Shown here: positions 18,148 through 28,132 of the stretch, piece after piece
Numbering within the stretch: position 1 is the first letter of the stretch
How the letters are laid out: every line of letters begins with the position of its first letter
NCBI GenBank assembly: GCA_049315625.1
Contig: JBMOJU010000001.1
Span: 1-49,997, forward strand
Origin: Paracraurococcus sp.
GTDB lineage: Bacteria; Pseudomonadota; Alphaproteobacteria; Acetobacterales; Acetobacteraceae
Length of the DNA: 49,997 nucleotides
Reading direction: 5' to 3'
Notes under the pieces: generated by a model
What the model was told of the DNA's origin: nothing
The model's input: the letters and a program-made list of their open reading frames with translations, nothing else
Database searches by the model: none
Made by a program: the position numbers and the translations under genes

Positions 18148-19146
18148 CTACGCCGACGGCGTGATCCCCAGCCGCGCCAGCCGCGTCGCCGCGGCGGCAT
18201 TCACCGCGTTGTCCGGCAGCGCGCCCCGCGCCAGTGCCGTTACCTGCCGCACCGTATCGAAGGCCTGGTGCTCGATGGCGGCCGGCGTCAGCCCGCCGAT
18301 ATGCGGCGTGGCGATGACCTTAGGGTGCGCCGCCAGCGACGGCATCGGCATCTGGTCCGGCGCGCGGCCGACATCCATCGCTGCCCCCGCCAGATGCCCG
18401 CTGTCCAGCGCCGCCAGCAGCGCCGCCTCGTCCACCAGATTGCCGCGTGAGGGGTTGAGGAAGAACGCGCCACGCCGCATCCGGGCGAAGGCGGTGGCGT
18501 CCATCAGGTTCTCGGTCGCCTCGATGGCGACGGCGAGGCAGACGACGAAGTCGCTCTCGCCCAGCAGCGTCTCCAGCGGCACGTGCTCCAGCGGCGGCGC
18601 CGGCGTCGCGTAGGGGTCCGCCACCAGCACCCGCATGCCCAGCGCCAGGCCAAGCGGCGCCAGGTACCGCCCGATCGCGCCATGGCCGATGATGCCGAGC
18701 GTCGCGCCGGTCAGCTGCGTGCCCATCCGCGCCGCCGGCACCACGCCGCGGTGGTAGCTGGCAGCGGCCGCACCGACGCCGCGCGCCAGATCGACCATCT
18801 GCCCCAGCACCAACTCGGCGACCGAGGGGATGAAGCCCGGCGTCGCCTGGGTCACCAGCACGCCGGCGGCGCTGGCCGCCGCCACGTCGACATTGCGGAT
18901 ATCGACGGCGCAGCGAAGGAAGGCGACCAGGTCGGGAGCGTGGCGGAAGGTCTCGGCCTCGCCGGGCGATTGCCGGTAGCTGACGATCGCCTCGCAGCCC
19001 GCAGCGGCTTCGGCCAGCTCCCGCCCGGCCAGGTGCCGCCCGGTGTCGTTCAGCCGGACCTCCGCCACCTGGCGCAGCGCCGCCAGGGCGCGGTCGCCAT
19101 AGTAATTCGCCAGCGCATCGGCGGTATGGGTCAGGTAGACCTGCAT
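18148..19146 (-). CDS. D-isomer-specific 2-hydroxyacid dehydrogenase family
   Basis: GIIGHGAIG, LLGESDFVV, FLNPSRG and ATPHIGG motifs. Confidence 0.92.
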   Translation of the reverse strand: MQVYLTHTADALANYYGDRALAALRQVAEVRLNDTGRHLAGRELAEAAAGCEAIVSYRQSPGEAETFRHAPDLVAFLRCAVDIRNVDVAAASAAGVLVTQATPGFIPSVAELVLGQMVDLARGVGAAAASYHRGVVPAARMGTQLTGATLGIIGHGAIGRYLAPLGLALGMRVLVADPYATPAPPLEHVPLETLLGESDFVVCLAVAIEATENLMDATAFARMRRGAFFLNPSRGNLVDEAALLAALDSGHLAGAAMDVGRAPDQMPMPSLAAHPKVIATPHIGGLTPAAIEHQAFDTVRQVTALARGALPDNAVNAAAATRLARLGITPSA

Positions 19147-19239
19147 GGCGCTTCTCCCGTGTCGGCCCTTCCCTCCCATGGCCGCCCCGGCGGCGCAACG
19201 CGGCTTGGCCGGGGCGACGGGGCATGGTGGATTGAATCC

Positions 19240-20637
19240 ATGTCCGATCCCCTCCCCGCCATCCTTGCCCATCTCGACGACACCGCCGCCGCCGCCGAGG
19301 CCCGGCTGGTCGACTGGCTCCGCATCCCCAGCATCAGCGCCCAGCCGGCCCATGCCGGGGACTGCCTGCGCGCCGCCGGCTGGGTCCGCGATGAATTGCA
19401 GGGCATGGGCTTCGCCGCGGAGGTCCGCCCGACCGCCGGGCACCCCGTGGTGGTCGCCCACCACCCCGGCCCCGGCGGCGCCACGCCGCACCTGCTGTTC
19501 TACGGCCATTACGACGTACAGCCGGCCGACCCGCTGGCGCTCTGGACCTCCCCGCCCTTCGAGCCGGTGGTTGTCGAAGGCAGGCACGGCCCGCGCGTCG
19601 TCGCCCGCGGCGCGGTGGACGACAAGGGCCAGTGCAGCATGTGGCTGGATGCACTGCGCGCCTGGCACGCGGTCGCCGGCGGGCCGCCCTGCCGCATCAC
19701 CGTGCTGATCGAGGGCGAGGAGGAGACCGGCAGCCCGAGCCTCGACGCCTTCCTCGCTGCCAACCGGGCGGAGCTGGCGGCCGATGTGGCGGTGATCAGC
19801 GACACCGGCATGTGGGACATCGACACCCCGGCCATCACCACCAGCCTGCGCGGCATGGTCTATGCCCAGATCGACCTGAAGGCGGCCTCGCGCGACCTGC
19901 ACAGCGGCATCTATGGCGGCGCCGCGCGCAACCCGATCAACCTGCTGAGCCGCATCATGGGCGGGCTGCACGACGAGGATGGCCGGGTGCAACTGCCCGG
20001 CTTCTACGACGGGGTGCGGGAGCTGACGAATGCGCAGCGCGTCGAATGGGACGCGCTGGGCTTCGACGAAGCCGGCTTCCTCGGCGAGATCGGCCTGAGC
20101 GTGCCGTCCGGCGAGCGCGGCCGCGGCGCGCTGGAGCGGATGTGGGCGCGGCCGACCGCGGACCTGAACGGCATCTGGGGCGGCTACACCGGCGACGGCA
20201 GCAAGACCGTGATCGCGGCGGAAGCCCACGCCAAGCTCTCCTGCCGCCTGGTCCCCGGCCAGGACCCGCAGGCGGTGGCCGAGAGCATCCGCCGCTTCGT
20301 CGCCGAACGGCTGCCATCGGATTGCAGCGCCGAGGTGCAGGTCTTCACCACCACCCCGGGCATCGAAGTGCCGGCCGACAGTCCCTGGGTCCGCGCCGCC
20401 CGCACCGCGCTGAGCGCAGAATACGGCAAGCCGGCGGTGCTGATGGGCTGCGGCGGATCGATCCCGGTGGTCGAGAGCTTCCAGCGGCTGCTTGGCCTGG
20501 ACAGCCTGCTGGTCGGCTTCGGGCTGAACGACGACCAGGTGCACAGCCCGAACGAGAAATTCGAGTTCCGCTGCCTGCACAAGGGCGCCCGCAGCCATGC
20601 GCGGCTGCTGGCGGAGATCGCGGCGAAGGCCGGTTAG
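19240..20637 (+). CDS. M20 family dipeptidase
   Basis: YGHYDVQP, RGAVDDKGQ, EGEEE, DLHSG and HSPNEKF motifs. Confidence 0.95.
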   Translation: MSDPLPAILAHLDDTAAAAEARLVDWLRIPSISAQPAHAGDCLRAAGWVRDELQGMGFAAEVRPTAGHPVVVAHHPGPGGATPHLLFYGHYDVQPADPLALWTSPPFEPVVVEGRHGPRVVARGAVDDKGQCSMWLDALRAWHAVAGGPPCRITVLIEGEEETGSPSLDAFLAANRAELAADVAVISDTGMWDIDTPAITTSLRGMVYAQIDLKAASRDLHSGIYGGAARNPINLLSRIMGGLHDEDGRVQLPGFYDGVRELTNAQRVEWDALGFDEAGFLGEIGLSVPSGERGRGALERMWARPTADLNGIWGGYTGDGSKTVIAAEAHAKLSCRLVPGQDPQAVAESIRRFVAERLPSDCSAEVQVFTTTPGIEVPADSPWVRAARTALSAEYGKPAVLMGCGGSIPVVESFQRLLGLDSLLVGFGLNDDQVHSPNEKFEFRCLHKGARSHARLLAEIAAKAG

Positions 20638-22046
20638 GGCAGCACCTTCCCCGGATTCATCCGCCCCTCCGGGTCCAGCGCCGCCTTCACCGCCCGCATG
20701 AGGTCGAGCGCCACCGGGTTCTTGTGCGTCGCCATGGCATGGCGCTTGGATTGCCCGATGCCATGCTCGGCGGAGAAGCTGCCGCCGAGGGAGACCGCAA
20801 TGGCATTGACCAGCGGCTCCATTTCCCCCGCATGCGCCACCCAGGCGGCGCGGTCGCCGGTCCAGTCGGCCGGGGCATGCAGCGACAAATGGATGTTGCC
20901 GTCGCCGGCATGGCCGATCGCCGCCATGCGGCCCTCCGGCCAGCGCGCGCGCAGCTCGCGCTCCGCCGTGTTGACGAAATCCGGCACCGCCGAGACGGGC
21001 ACGGAGGTATCGGTGCCGACCGCCGGGCTGTCGCGGCGGGAGCAATCCGGGTAGTCCTCCCGGATCTTCCAGATCATCGCCCGCTGCGCCTCGCTCTCGG
21101 CGATCACCGCGTCGCTCGCCTCGCCGCTCTCCAGCGCCGCCGTCAGCGCCTCCTCCAGCATGTCGCGCAGCGGCACGCTTTCATGCGCCGCGGCGATCTC
21201 CATCATGACGTACCAGGGCGCCTGCAGCGGCAGGGGCATGCGCAGGCCGGTGCCGTGCTTTGCCGCCATCTCCATGCAGAAGCGGGCGCAGAGCTCGAAG
21301 CCGATCAGCTCCGCCCCGCTGCCCATGATGCGGGAGAACAGCGACAGCGCCGCATCCGGGCTGGGCACCGCGACGAAGGCGCTTTCCACCCGCTTCAAGG
21401 CGGGGACCATGCGCAGCGCTGCGGCGGTGATGATGCCGAGCGTGCCCTCCCCCCCGATGAACAGATGCCGAAGCGCGTAGCCGCTGTTGTCCTTCCTGAC
21501 GCGCCGCAAATCGTCCAGCACGCGGCCATCCGGCAGCACCACCTCCAGCCCCAGGACGAGTTCGCGCGCATTGCCCCAACGCAGCGTGCGGATGCCGCCG
21601 GCATTGGTCGACAGCATGCCGCCGATCTGCGCCGTGCCCTGCGCGCCCCACTGGATCGGAAACAGCCGCCCGGCCTCGGCCGCCGCGGCCTGCACGGTCT
21701 GCACGACGCAGCCGGCCTCCGCCACCAGGGAGAAGTCACGCGCATCCACGTTGCGGATGCGGTTGAGCCGTTCCAGCGAGAGCACCACGGCGGGCGGCCC
21801 GTTCGCCGCCGGCACCGCGCCGCCGGCCAGCCCGGTGCGGCCGCCGGCCGGGACGATGGCGATGCCCAGCGCGCCGCAGCGCCGTACCACCTCGGCGACC
21901 TCCGTGGTCGTGCCGGGGCGGACCACCGCTGCCGGTTCGGCGCGATAGGTGCCGCGCCAATCGATGCCGTAGGGAGCGATGTCGTTCGCATCGCGGAGGA
22001 CGTTCTTTGGGCCGACCGCGTCGGCCAGGGTCTCGAGCAGGCTCAT
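20634..22046 (-). CDS. FAD-binding oxidoreductase (D-2-hydroxyglutarate/D-lactate dehydrogenase-like)
   Basis: PAGGRTGLAGGA, KDNSGY, GGEGTLGIIT, GHAGDGNIH, SAEHGIG and MNPGK motifs. Confidence 0.94.
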   Translation of the reverse strand: MSLLETLADAVGPKNVLRDANDIAPYGIDWRGTYRAEPAAVVRPGTTTEVAEVVRRCGALGIAIVPAGGRTGLAGGAVPAANGPPAVVLSLERLNRIRNVDARDFSLVAEAGCVVQTVQAAAAEAGRLFPIQWGAQGTAQIGGMLSTNAGGIRTLRWGNARELVLGLEVVLPDGRVLDDLRRVRKDNSGYALRHLFIGGEGTLGIITAAALRMVPALKRVESAFVAVPSPDAALSLFSRIMGSGAELIGFELCARFCMEMAAKHGTGLRMPLPLQAPWYVMMEIAAAHESVPLRDMLEEALTAALESGEASDAVIAESEAQRAMIWKIREDYPDCSRRDSPAVGTDTSVPVSAVPDFVNTAERELRARWPEGRMAAIGHAGDGNIHLSLHAPADWTGDRAAWVAHAGEMEPLVNAIAVSLGGSFSAEHGIGQSKRHAMATHKNPVALDLMRAVKAALDPEGRMNPGKVLP

Positions 22047-22168
22047 GATGCCGGCATCCTCCGCTCCGCGCCGCGCCGCTTCAACCCCCTCTGGCCGGGC
22101 GCCGCGCACTGCGCTTCACTGCCGGCGGAATCACGGGGAAATGCTGCGATGCACAAGGAAGCGGGCCG

Positions 22169-23794
22169 ATGAGCGACAGCGTGCCATTGAGCGCGGACTA
22201 CATCGTGGTGGGCGCCGGCTCGGCCGGCTGCGCCGTGGCGGCAAGGCTCTCGGAAGACCCTTCGGTGCGGGTCGTGCTGCTGGAAGCCGGCTCCCGCGAC
22301 CGCAATCCCTGGCTGCACGTGCCGATCGGCTATGCCCGGACCATGTACCATCCGACGCTGTCCTGGAACCTGGTGACGGAGCCGGAGCCGGAGCTGGAGA
22401 ACCGCCGCATCCCCTGGCCGCGCGGCCGCACCCTCGGCGGCTCCTCGGCCATCAACGGGCTGCTCTATGTCCGCGGCCAGCACGCGGATTACGACCATTG
22501 GCGGCAGTTGGGCTGCACCGGCTGGTCGTTCGAGGACGTGCTGCCCTATTTCAGGCGGTCGGAGGACCAGGAGCGCGGCGCCTCCGACCTGCATGGCAAG
22601 GGCGGGCCGCTGGCGGTCTCCGACCTGCGCGAACGCAACCCGCTGGCGCTCGCCTTCATCGACGCCGCGGCGGAGCTCGGCTTCCCGCGCAACGCCGACT
22701 TCAACGGCGCCGACCAGGAGGGCGCCGGCTTCTTCCAGGTGACGGCACGCAACGGCTGGCGCTGTTCGTCGGCCACCGCCTACCTGAAGCCGGCCCGCAG
22801 CCGGCCGAACCTGGTCGTCGTGACCGACGCGCACAGCAACGGCCTGGTGATGGAAGACCGCCGCGCCGCCGGCGTTTCCTTCACCCGGCATGGCGCGAAG
22901 CTGACCATCGCTGCGACGCGCGAGGTGATCCTCTCGGCCGGCGCCATCGCCTCCCCGCATCTGCTGCTGCTGTCGGGCATCGGCCCGGCGGAGCACCTGC
23001 AGGAGCTCGGCGTGACGGTGGCGCATGACCTGCGGCAGGTCGGGCGCAATCTGCAGGACCATTTCCAGGCGCGGCTGGCCTTCCGGGTGAAGGGGCCGGG
23101 CAGCCTGAACAAGCGCGTTTCCAGCCTGTTCGGCAAGGCGATGATGGGTGCCGAATTCGCGCTGCGTCGCACCGGCCCGCTGACCGTCAGCGCCGGCACC
23201 GCCGGCCTGTTTGCCCGCGTGCTGCCGGGCAGCGGGACACCGGACGTGCAGTACCATTTCCTGCCCTTCAGCACCTCGAAGACCATGATGGAGCTGCACG
23301 ACTTCCCCGGCATGACCATCAGCGCCTGCCAGCTTCGGCCGGAAAGCCGCGGCACCATCACGCTGGCCAGCGCCGACCCGATGCAGAAGGCGCTGATCCA
23401 CGCCAACTACCTGGCAACCGAGACCGACCGGCGATGCATGGTGGAGGGCATCAAGCTCGGCCGCCGGCTGGCGCAGGCCAAGGCGTTTGCCGGCATCGTC
23501 GAGGAGGAGATCGTCCCCGGCGAGGCCGCCGCGGGCGACGAGGAGATCCTCGCCTTCATCCGCCGCACCGGCAACACGATCTACCACCCGAGCGGCACCT
23601 GCCGCATGGGCGGCGACCCGGCCAGCGTGGTGGACCCGGAGCTGCGGGTGCGCGGGATCGACGGGCTGCGGGTGGCCGATGCCTCGGTGATGCCGACCGT
23701 CGTCTCCGGCAACACCAATGCGCCGAGCATCATGATCGGCGAGAAATGCGCCGACATGGTCAAGGCCGCGGCGCGGACCAGGCTGGCGGCGTGA
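22169..23794 (+). CDS. GMC oxidoreductase (choline dehydrogenase-like)
   Basis: GAGSAG, PRGRTLGGSSAING, YHPSGTCRMG and SGNTNAP motifs. Confidence 0.95.
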   Translation: MSDSVPLSADYIVVGAGSAGCAVAARLSEDPSVRVVLLEAGSRDRNPWLHVPIGYARTMYHPTLSWNLVTEPEPELENRRIPWPRGRTLGGSSAINGLLYVRGQHADYDHWRQLGCTGWSFEDVLPYFRRSEDQERGASDLHGKGGPLAVSDLRERNPLALAFIDAAAELGFPRNADFNGADQEGAGFFQVTARNGWRCSSATAYLKPARSRPNLVVVTDAHSNGLVMEDRRAAGVSFTRHGAKLTIAATREVILSAGAIASPHLLLLSGIGPAEHLQELGVTVAHDLRQVGRNLQDHFQARLAFRVKGPGSLNKRVSSLFGKAMMGAEFALRRTGPLTVSAGTAGLFARVLPGSGTPDVQYHFLPFSTSKTMMELHDFPGMTISACQLRPESRGTITLASADPMQKALIHANYLATETDRRCMVEGIKLGRRLAQAKAFAGIVEEEIVPGEAAAGDEEILAFIRRTGNTIYHPSGTCRMGGDPASVVDPELRVRGIDGLRVADASVMPTVVSGNTNAPSIMIGEKCADMVKAAARTRLAA

Positions 23795-23815
23795 GGTCGC
23801 CGGCCTGCGGGGTCG

Positions 23816-24301
23816 CTACGCCGCCTCCAGGCACTCGACCAGCAGCGTCAGCAGCCTTCCGCTGAACACCCGCATGTTGGCCACCCGGTCGGCATCGCCG
23901 GTCTCGATGGTGAGCGACCGGCTGACCGGCCCGGCCACCGCGAGGACGCCATGCCCGGCGGCATGGCCATAGCTGTTGCCGGTCGGCCCCGCCGCCCCGG
24001 CCTCGCCGAGGCCCCAGGTGGCGCCCAGCCGTTCGCGCCCGGCCTGCGCCAGCAGCGCGGCCATCTCGGCGGAGGCCGGCGGCGTCGCCTTCAGCGTCGC
24101 GGTGGGCAGGCCGAGCAGCGTCGTCCGCGCCGCCCGGGTATAGACTACGCCGCCGCCGAGGAAAAAGGCGGAGGCGCCGGGCACCGCGAGCAGCGCGGCA
24201 GAGACGAGGCCGCCCGTGGCGCTTTCCGCCACGGCGATGGTCTCCCCGCGCGCCTTCAGCAGCGCGCCGGCGTGGGCGGCGATGGGCAGCAGCGTGTCCA
24301 T
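23816..24301 (-). CDS. CinA/PncC-domain protein
   Basis: AVAESATGGL, PGASAFF and GAAGPTG motifs. Confidence 0.9.
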   Translation of the reverse strand: MDTLLPIAAHAGALLKARGETIAVAESATGGLVSAALLAVPGASAFFLGGGVVYTRAARTTLLGLPTATLKATPPASAEMAALLAQAGRERLGATWGLGEAGAAGPTGNSYGHAAGHGVLAVAGPVSRSLTIETGDADRVANMRVFSGRLLTLLVECLEAA

Positions 24302-24432
24302 GGATGATCCCTCCGTTCTTGGGCGAACGCTAGGCGGCGGGTGGTGTAGCGGCAAGCGGCGCGATTGACAGTTGCGGTCGCACCATGCTCGCTTCCGCAC
24401 CAAGCCCCGGCACGGGGCGCGGAGGAGGATCC

Positions 24433-25284
24433 ATGCCCGCTTCCCTGACCGGCGCCGCGGTCGCGGACTACAACCGGCTTGGCTACCAGTTCCCGATCCG
24501 TGCCTTCGCACCGGAGGAGGCCGCCGGGCTGTTGGGCAAGTTGCAGGCGACCGAGGCGAAGCTCGGCGGCCGGCTGGCCGGGCGGATGAACCAGAAGCCG
24601 CATCTTCTCTTCCCCTGGGTCTGCGACGTGGTGCGGCACCCGGCCGTGCTGGATGCGGTCGAAAGCGTGCTGGGCCCCGATCTGCTCTGCTGGAGCAGCC
24701 AGTTCTTCATGAAGGGGGCGCATGACCCGGCCTATGTCTCCTGGCACCAGGACGGCACCTATTGGGGGCTGTCCTCCCCCGATGTCGTCACCGCCTGGAT
24801 CGCCTTCACCCCGAGCGTGCCGGAAAGCGGCAACATGCGGGTGGTGCCGGGCACCCACCTGTCGAAGGTTCCGCACACCGACACCTTCGCCAAGGATAAT
24901 CTGCTGTCGCGCGGGCAGGAGGTGGCGGTGCAGGTGGATGAGGCTGACGCCGTCGACATCACCCTGCAGCCGGGCGAGATGAGCCTGCACCATGTGCTGA
25001 TCGTGCATGGCTCAGAGCCCAACAATGCCGACTGGCCGCGGATCGGCTTCGCCATCCGCTACATCCCGACGCATGTTCGCCAGGCCGGTGGCCCGCAGGA
25101 CAGCGCTCTGCTGGTGCGTGGCCGTGACAGCTTCGGCCATTTCGAGCACGAGACCGCGCCGGAGGCCGACCTGCACCCGCATGCGCTGGCGCGGCACAAG
25201 GTGATCATGGATCGACAGCTGTCCATCCTCTACGCCGGCGCGGCGAAGGAAGGCCAGCTCGGGGCGACGATCAAGGCGATGTAG
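24433..25284 (+). CDS. PhyH family Fe(II)/2-oxoglutarate dioxygenase
   Basis: WHQDGTYW, TAWIA, HGSEPN and RIGFAIRY motifs; GGAGGA RBS. Confidence 0.93.
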   Translation: MPASLTGAAVADYNRLGYQFPIRAFAPEEAAGLLGKLQATEAKLGGRLAGRMNQKPHLLFPWVCDVVRHPAVLDAVESVLGPDLLCWSSQFFMKGAHDPAYVSWHQDGTYWGLSSPDVVTAWIAFTPSVPESGNMRVVPGTHLSKVPHTDTFAKDNLLSRGQEVAVQVDEADAVDITLQPGEMSLHHVLIVHGSEPNNADWPRIGFAIRYIPTHVRQAGGPQDSALLVRGRDSFGHFEHETAPEADLHPHALARHKVIMDRQLSILYAGAAKEGQLGATIKAM

Positions 25285-25310
25285 GTCGCCGGGGTGACGG
25301 GGAGGAAGGA

Positions 25311-26288
25311 ATGAACATCACACGCCGCGCGGCCATCACCGCAGCGCTGGTCGCGCCCGCCTTGGCGCGGGCACAGTCGAGCATCCGCATCCGCTTCGCC
25401 CACAGCCTGTCGACCGTCGAGCCGGCGCACCAGGCGGCGGAGTTCTTCGCGAAGAACGTCGCCACCCGCACCAATGGCCGCGTGGTGATCGAGCTCTTCC
25501 CCGGCGAGCAGCTCGGCAGCGGGCGCGACGTGAACGAGATGATCCGCCAGGGCGCCAACGTGATGAATATCACGGACCCCGGCTACCTCAGCGATTTCGT
25601 GCCTGATGTCGGCATCCTGAACGGGCCCTATCTGGTCGACAGTTTCGACCAGTTCGGCCGGCTGCTCGACAGCGACTGGTACCGTGTCAGCGTCGACCAG
25701 GCGATGCAGAAGGCGGGCTTCCGGCTGATCATGATGGGCGGGTATTTCGGCGCCCGGCACATGATCGCCGAGAAGCCGATCCGCCGCCCGGCCGACCTGG
25801 CCGGCATGACGGTGCGGGTGCCGCCGAACCAGATGTGGATCGAGACCTTCCGCAGCCTCGGCGCGCGGCCGACCACCGTGCAGTGGTCGGAGATCTACAA
25901 CGCGCTGCAGCAGAACGTGGTGCAGGCGGCCGAGGCTCCCTATGGCTCGCTCTGGGGCGCGCGGCTGCAGGAGGTGCGCAAGGTCATCTCCACCACCGGG
26001 CACTTCCAGGCGATGGTCGCCTGGCCGATGAACAACGGCTACTTCAACCGCCTGCCGGCCGAGGTCCGGACCATGCTGCTGGAGGAAGGCACGCGGGCGC
26101 AGCACGAGCAGACGCGGTTGACCCGGGAGCAGGAAGCCGGCTTCATCGCGCGGTTCAGGGGCGCCGGCGTCGAGATCGTCAGCGACCTCGACATCGCCGC
26201 CTTCCGCGAGGCCTCCGCTCCCACCTACAAGGCCTTCCCGAAATGGACGCCCGGCCTGCACGACACGGTGCGGAAGATCCTGGCGTGA
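25311..26288 (+). CDS. dctP: TRAP transporter substrate-binding protein
   Basis: RR signal peptide; TNGRVVIELFPGEQLG, RVPP and SEIYNALQ motifs. Confidence 0.93.
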   Translation: MNITRRAAITAALVAPALARAQSSIRIRFAHSLSTVEPAHQAAEFFAKNVATRTNGRVVIELFPGEQLGSGRDVNEMIRQGANVMNITDPGYLSDFVPDVGILNGPYLVDSFDQFGRLLDSDWYRVSVDQAMQKAGFRLIMMGGYFGARHMIAEKPIRRPADLAGMTVRVPPNQMWIETFRSLGARPTTVQWSEIYNALQQNVVQAAEAPYGSLWGARLQEVRKVISTTGHFQAMVAWPMNNGYFNRLPAEVRTMLLEEGTRAQHEQTRLTREQEAGFIARFRGAGVEIVSDLDIAAFREASAPTYKAFPKWTPGLHDTVRKILA

Positions 26289-26755
26289 GGCGTATCCTCG
26301 GCCAGGCAGACGAGGCGATCGCGGTGCTCGCCCTGCTGGTCACGGTCGGCTCGGTCGGCTGGGGCGTGGTCACACGCTACGTCACCGCACAGCCTGCGGT
26401 CTGGGCCAGCGAGGTCGCGGCGATCGGCTTCGCCTGGCTGACCTTCTTCGGCGCCAGCGCGTGCTTCCGCCACAATGCGCATCCGTCGATCGACATGCTG
26501 GTGCAGCGCCTGCCGCGCGGGCCGCAGCGCCTGGCGCGGCTGGGCGTGGACCTGCTGGTGGCCAGTTTCCTGGCGTATTTCTGCTGGATGGGCGTGGAGT
26601 TCTCGATCAGCGCCTGGGACAACCCGACCGCGGTGCTGCGGCTGCCGATGACGGTGGTCTATGGCCCGATCACCTTGGCTTCGGCGATGATGCTGGCGCG
26701 GCACCTGGCCAACATGCGGCGCCCGCTGGCGATGCCGGAAAGGGCCATGGCATGA
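26285..26755 (+). CDS. dctQ: TRAP transporter small permease
   Basis: Four TM segments, VVTRYV..WASEV and HPSIDML; GTG start overlaps the dctP stop. Confidence 0.9.
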   Translation: MRRILGQADEAIAVLALLVTVGSVGWGVVTRYVTAQPAVWASEVAAIGFAWLTFFGASACFRHNAHPSIDMLVQRLPRGPQRLARLGVDLLVASFLAYFCWMGVEFSISAWDNPTAVLRLPMTVVYGPITLASAMMLARHLANMRRPLAMPERAMA

Positions 26756-26783
26756 GGACGCCCGCGCTGGGGCGCGTGTCGGC

Positions 26784-28073
26784 ATGACCGTCGCGCTGCC
26801 GTCCATCCTGCTGGCGCTGCTCTTCGCACTCAACGTGCCGGTGGCCTTCGCCATCGCCATCTCCGCGCTGTCCTTCTTCTTCCTGACGGATGGGCTGCCG
26901 GTCGACATCTTCTTCCAGAAGATGGTCTCGGCGACCGAAAGCTACCCGCTGCTGGCTGTGCCCTTCTTCGTCCTTGCGGGCTCGCTGATGAACGCCGCCG
27001 GCATCACCCGTCGGCTGCTGCAGCTCGCGGATGCGCTGGTCGGGCACCTGACCGGTGCGTTGGCGCAGGCCTGCACGGTCCTGGCGACGCTGCTGGGCGG
27101 CCTCACCGCCTCTTCGTCCGCAGACGCAGCGATGCTGTCGAAGCTGTTCGGGCCGGAGATGGTGAAGCGCGGCTATTCCGCGGCCTTCGCCGCCGCGATC
27201 ACGTCGTCGGCCGCCATCATCACCGCGCTGATCCCGCCGGGGATCGGGCTGATCATCTACGGCTATCTGGCGGATGTCTCCGTCGGGCGGCTGTTCCTGG
27301 CGGGCGTCGTCCCCGGCCTGCTGCTCGCGGCGTCGCTTTTCCTCACCACCTGGGTCATCGCGAGGCGGCGCGGCTATGCGCCGGCCCGGCCGCATTTCGC
27401 CGGCTGGCGGGAGGTCGGGATCGCCGCGAAGGATGCGATCTGGGCGCTGCTCATCCCGGTCTTCATCATCGTCGGCCTGCGCTACGGCATCTTCACCACG
27501 ACCGAGGCAGGCGCCATCACCGTGCTGGTGACCATCGTCATAGGCGCCTTCATCTACCGGGAGCTCACCTGGGCCAAGGTGCCGGGCGTGCTGCGGGAGA
27601 CGGTGCTCGACACCTCCTCCGTCATGCTGCTGATCTGCGCTGCTTCCGCTTTCGGCTTCTACCTGGCCTGGGAAAGGCTGCCGCCGGCCATGGCAGCCTG
27701 GATGGTGGGGTTGACGCGCGACCCGCAGACGCTGCTGCTGCTGATCAACATCCTGCTGATCGTACTGGGCACGGCGGTCGAGGGCACTGCGGCGCTGATC
27801 ATCCTGACGCCGATCTTCGTCCCCGTGATCATGAAATTCGGCATCGACCCGGTGCAGTTCGGCATCGTCCTGGTCACCAACCTGACCATCGCCGGCATTA
27901 CGCCGCCGGTCGGGCAGATGATGTTCATCTCCTGCGCCGTGCTGCGGGTGCCGATGGAGGTCTACTCAATCGAGATCCTGCCTTTCCTCGGCGCCATGTG
28001 CGCGGTGCTGCTGCTGATCACCTTCGTGCCGGAGGTCTCGCTCTGGCTGCCGGACCTGATCATGGGCCCCTGA
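26784..28073 (+). CDS. dctM: TRAP transporter large permease
   Basis: LLAVPFFVLAG, LIPPG, GIFTTTEAGA and ITPPVG motifs. Confidence 0.95.
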   Translation: MTVALPSILLALLFALNVPVAFAIAISALSFFFLTDGLPVDIFFQKMVSATESYPLLAVPFFVLAGSLMNAAGITRRLLQLADALVGHLTGALAQACTVLATLLGGLTASSSADAAMLSKLFGPEMVKRGYSAAFAAAITSSAAIITALIPPGIGLIIYGYLADVSVGRLFLAGVVPGLLLAASLFLTTWVIARRRGYAPARPHFAGWREVGIAAKDAIWALLIPVFIIVGLRYGIFTTTEAGAITVLVTIVIGAFIYRELTWAKVPGVLRETVLDTSSVMLLICAASAFGFYLAWERLPPAMAAWMVGLTRDPQTLLLLINILLIVLGTAVEGTAALIILTPIFVPVIMKFGIDPVQFGIVLVTNLTIAGITPPVGQMMFISCAVLRVPMEVYSIEILPFLGAMCAVLLLITFVPEVSLWLPDLIMGP

Positions 28074-28082
28074 ACGGGATGG

Positions 28083-28110
28083 TTGACGCCGGGGGCGGCG
28101 GTGCGAGAAT
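28083..28110 (+). promoter_or_regulatory. Possible sigma-70 promoter for the tauD-like operon
   Basis: TTGACG-N16-GAGAAT, 22 nt before the ATG. Confidence 0.4.
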
Positions 28111-28132
28111 CGCGGCAACGGAGGACACATCC

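Noticed and set aside
13572-21045. Apparent large fusion proteins in the ORF track (821 aa, 965 aa; also 879 aa at 3844-6483)
   Set aside because: The N-terminal extensions overlap other well-supported genes in another frame or strand; true starts are internal.
24433-25284. PhyH protein as a possible non-heme halogenase
   Set aside because: It has the HxD facial triad (WHQD), not the HxA/G of halogenases.
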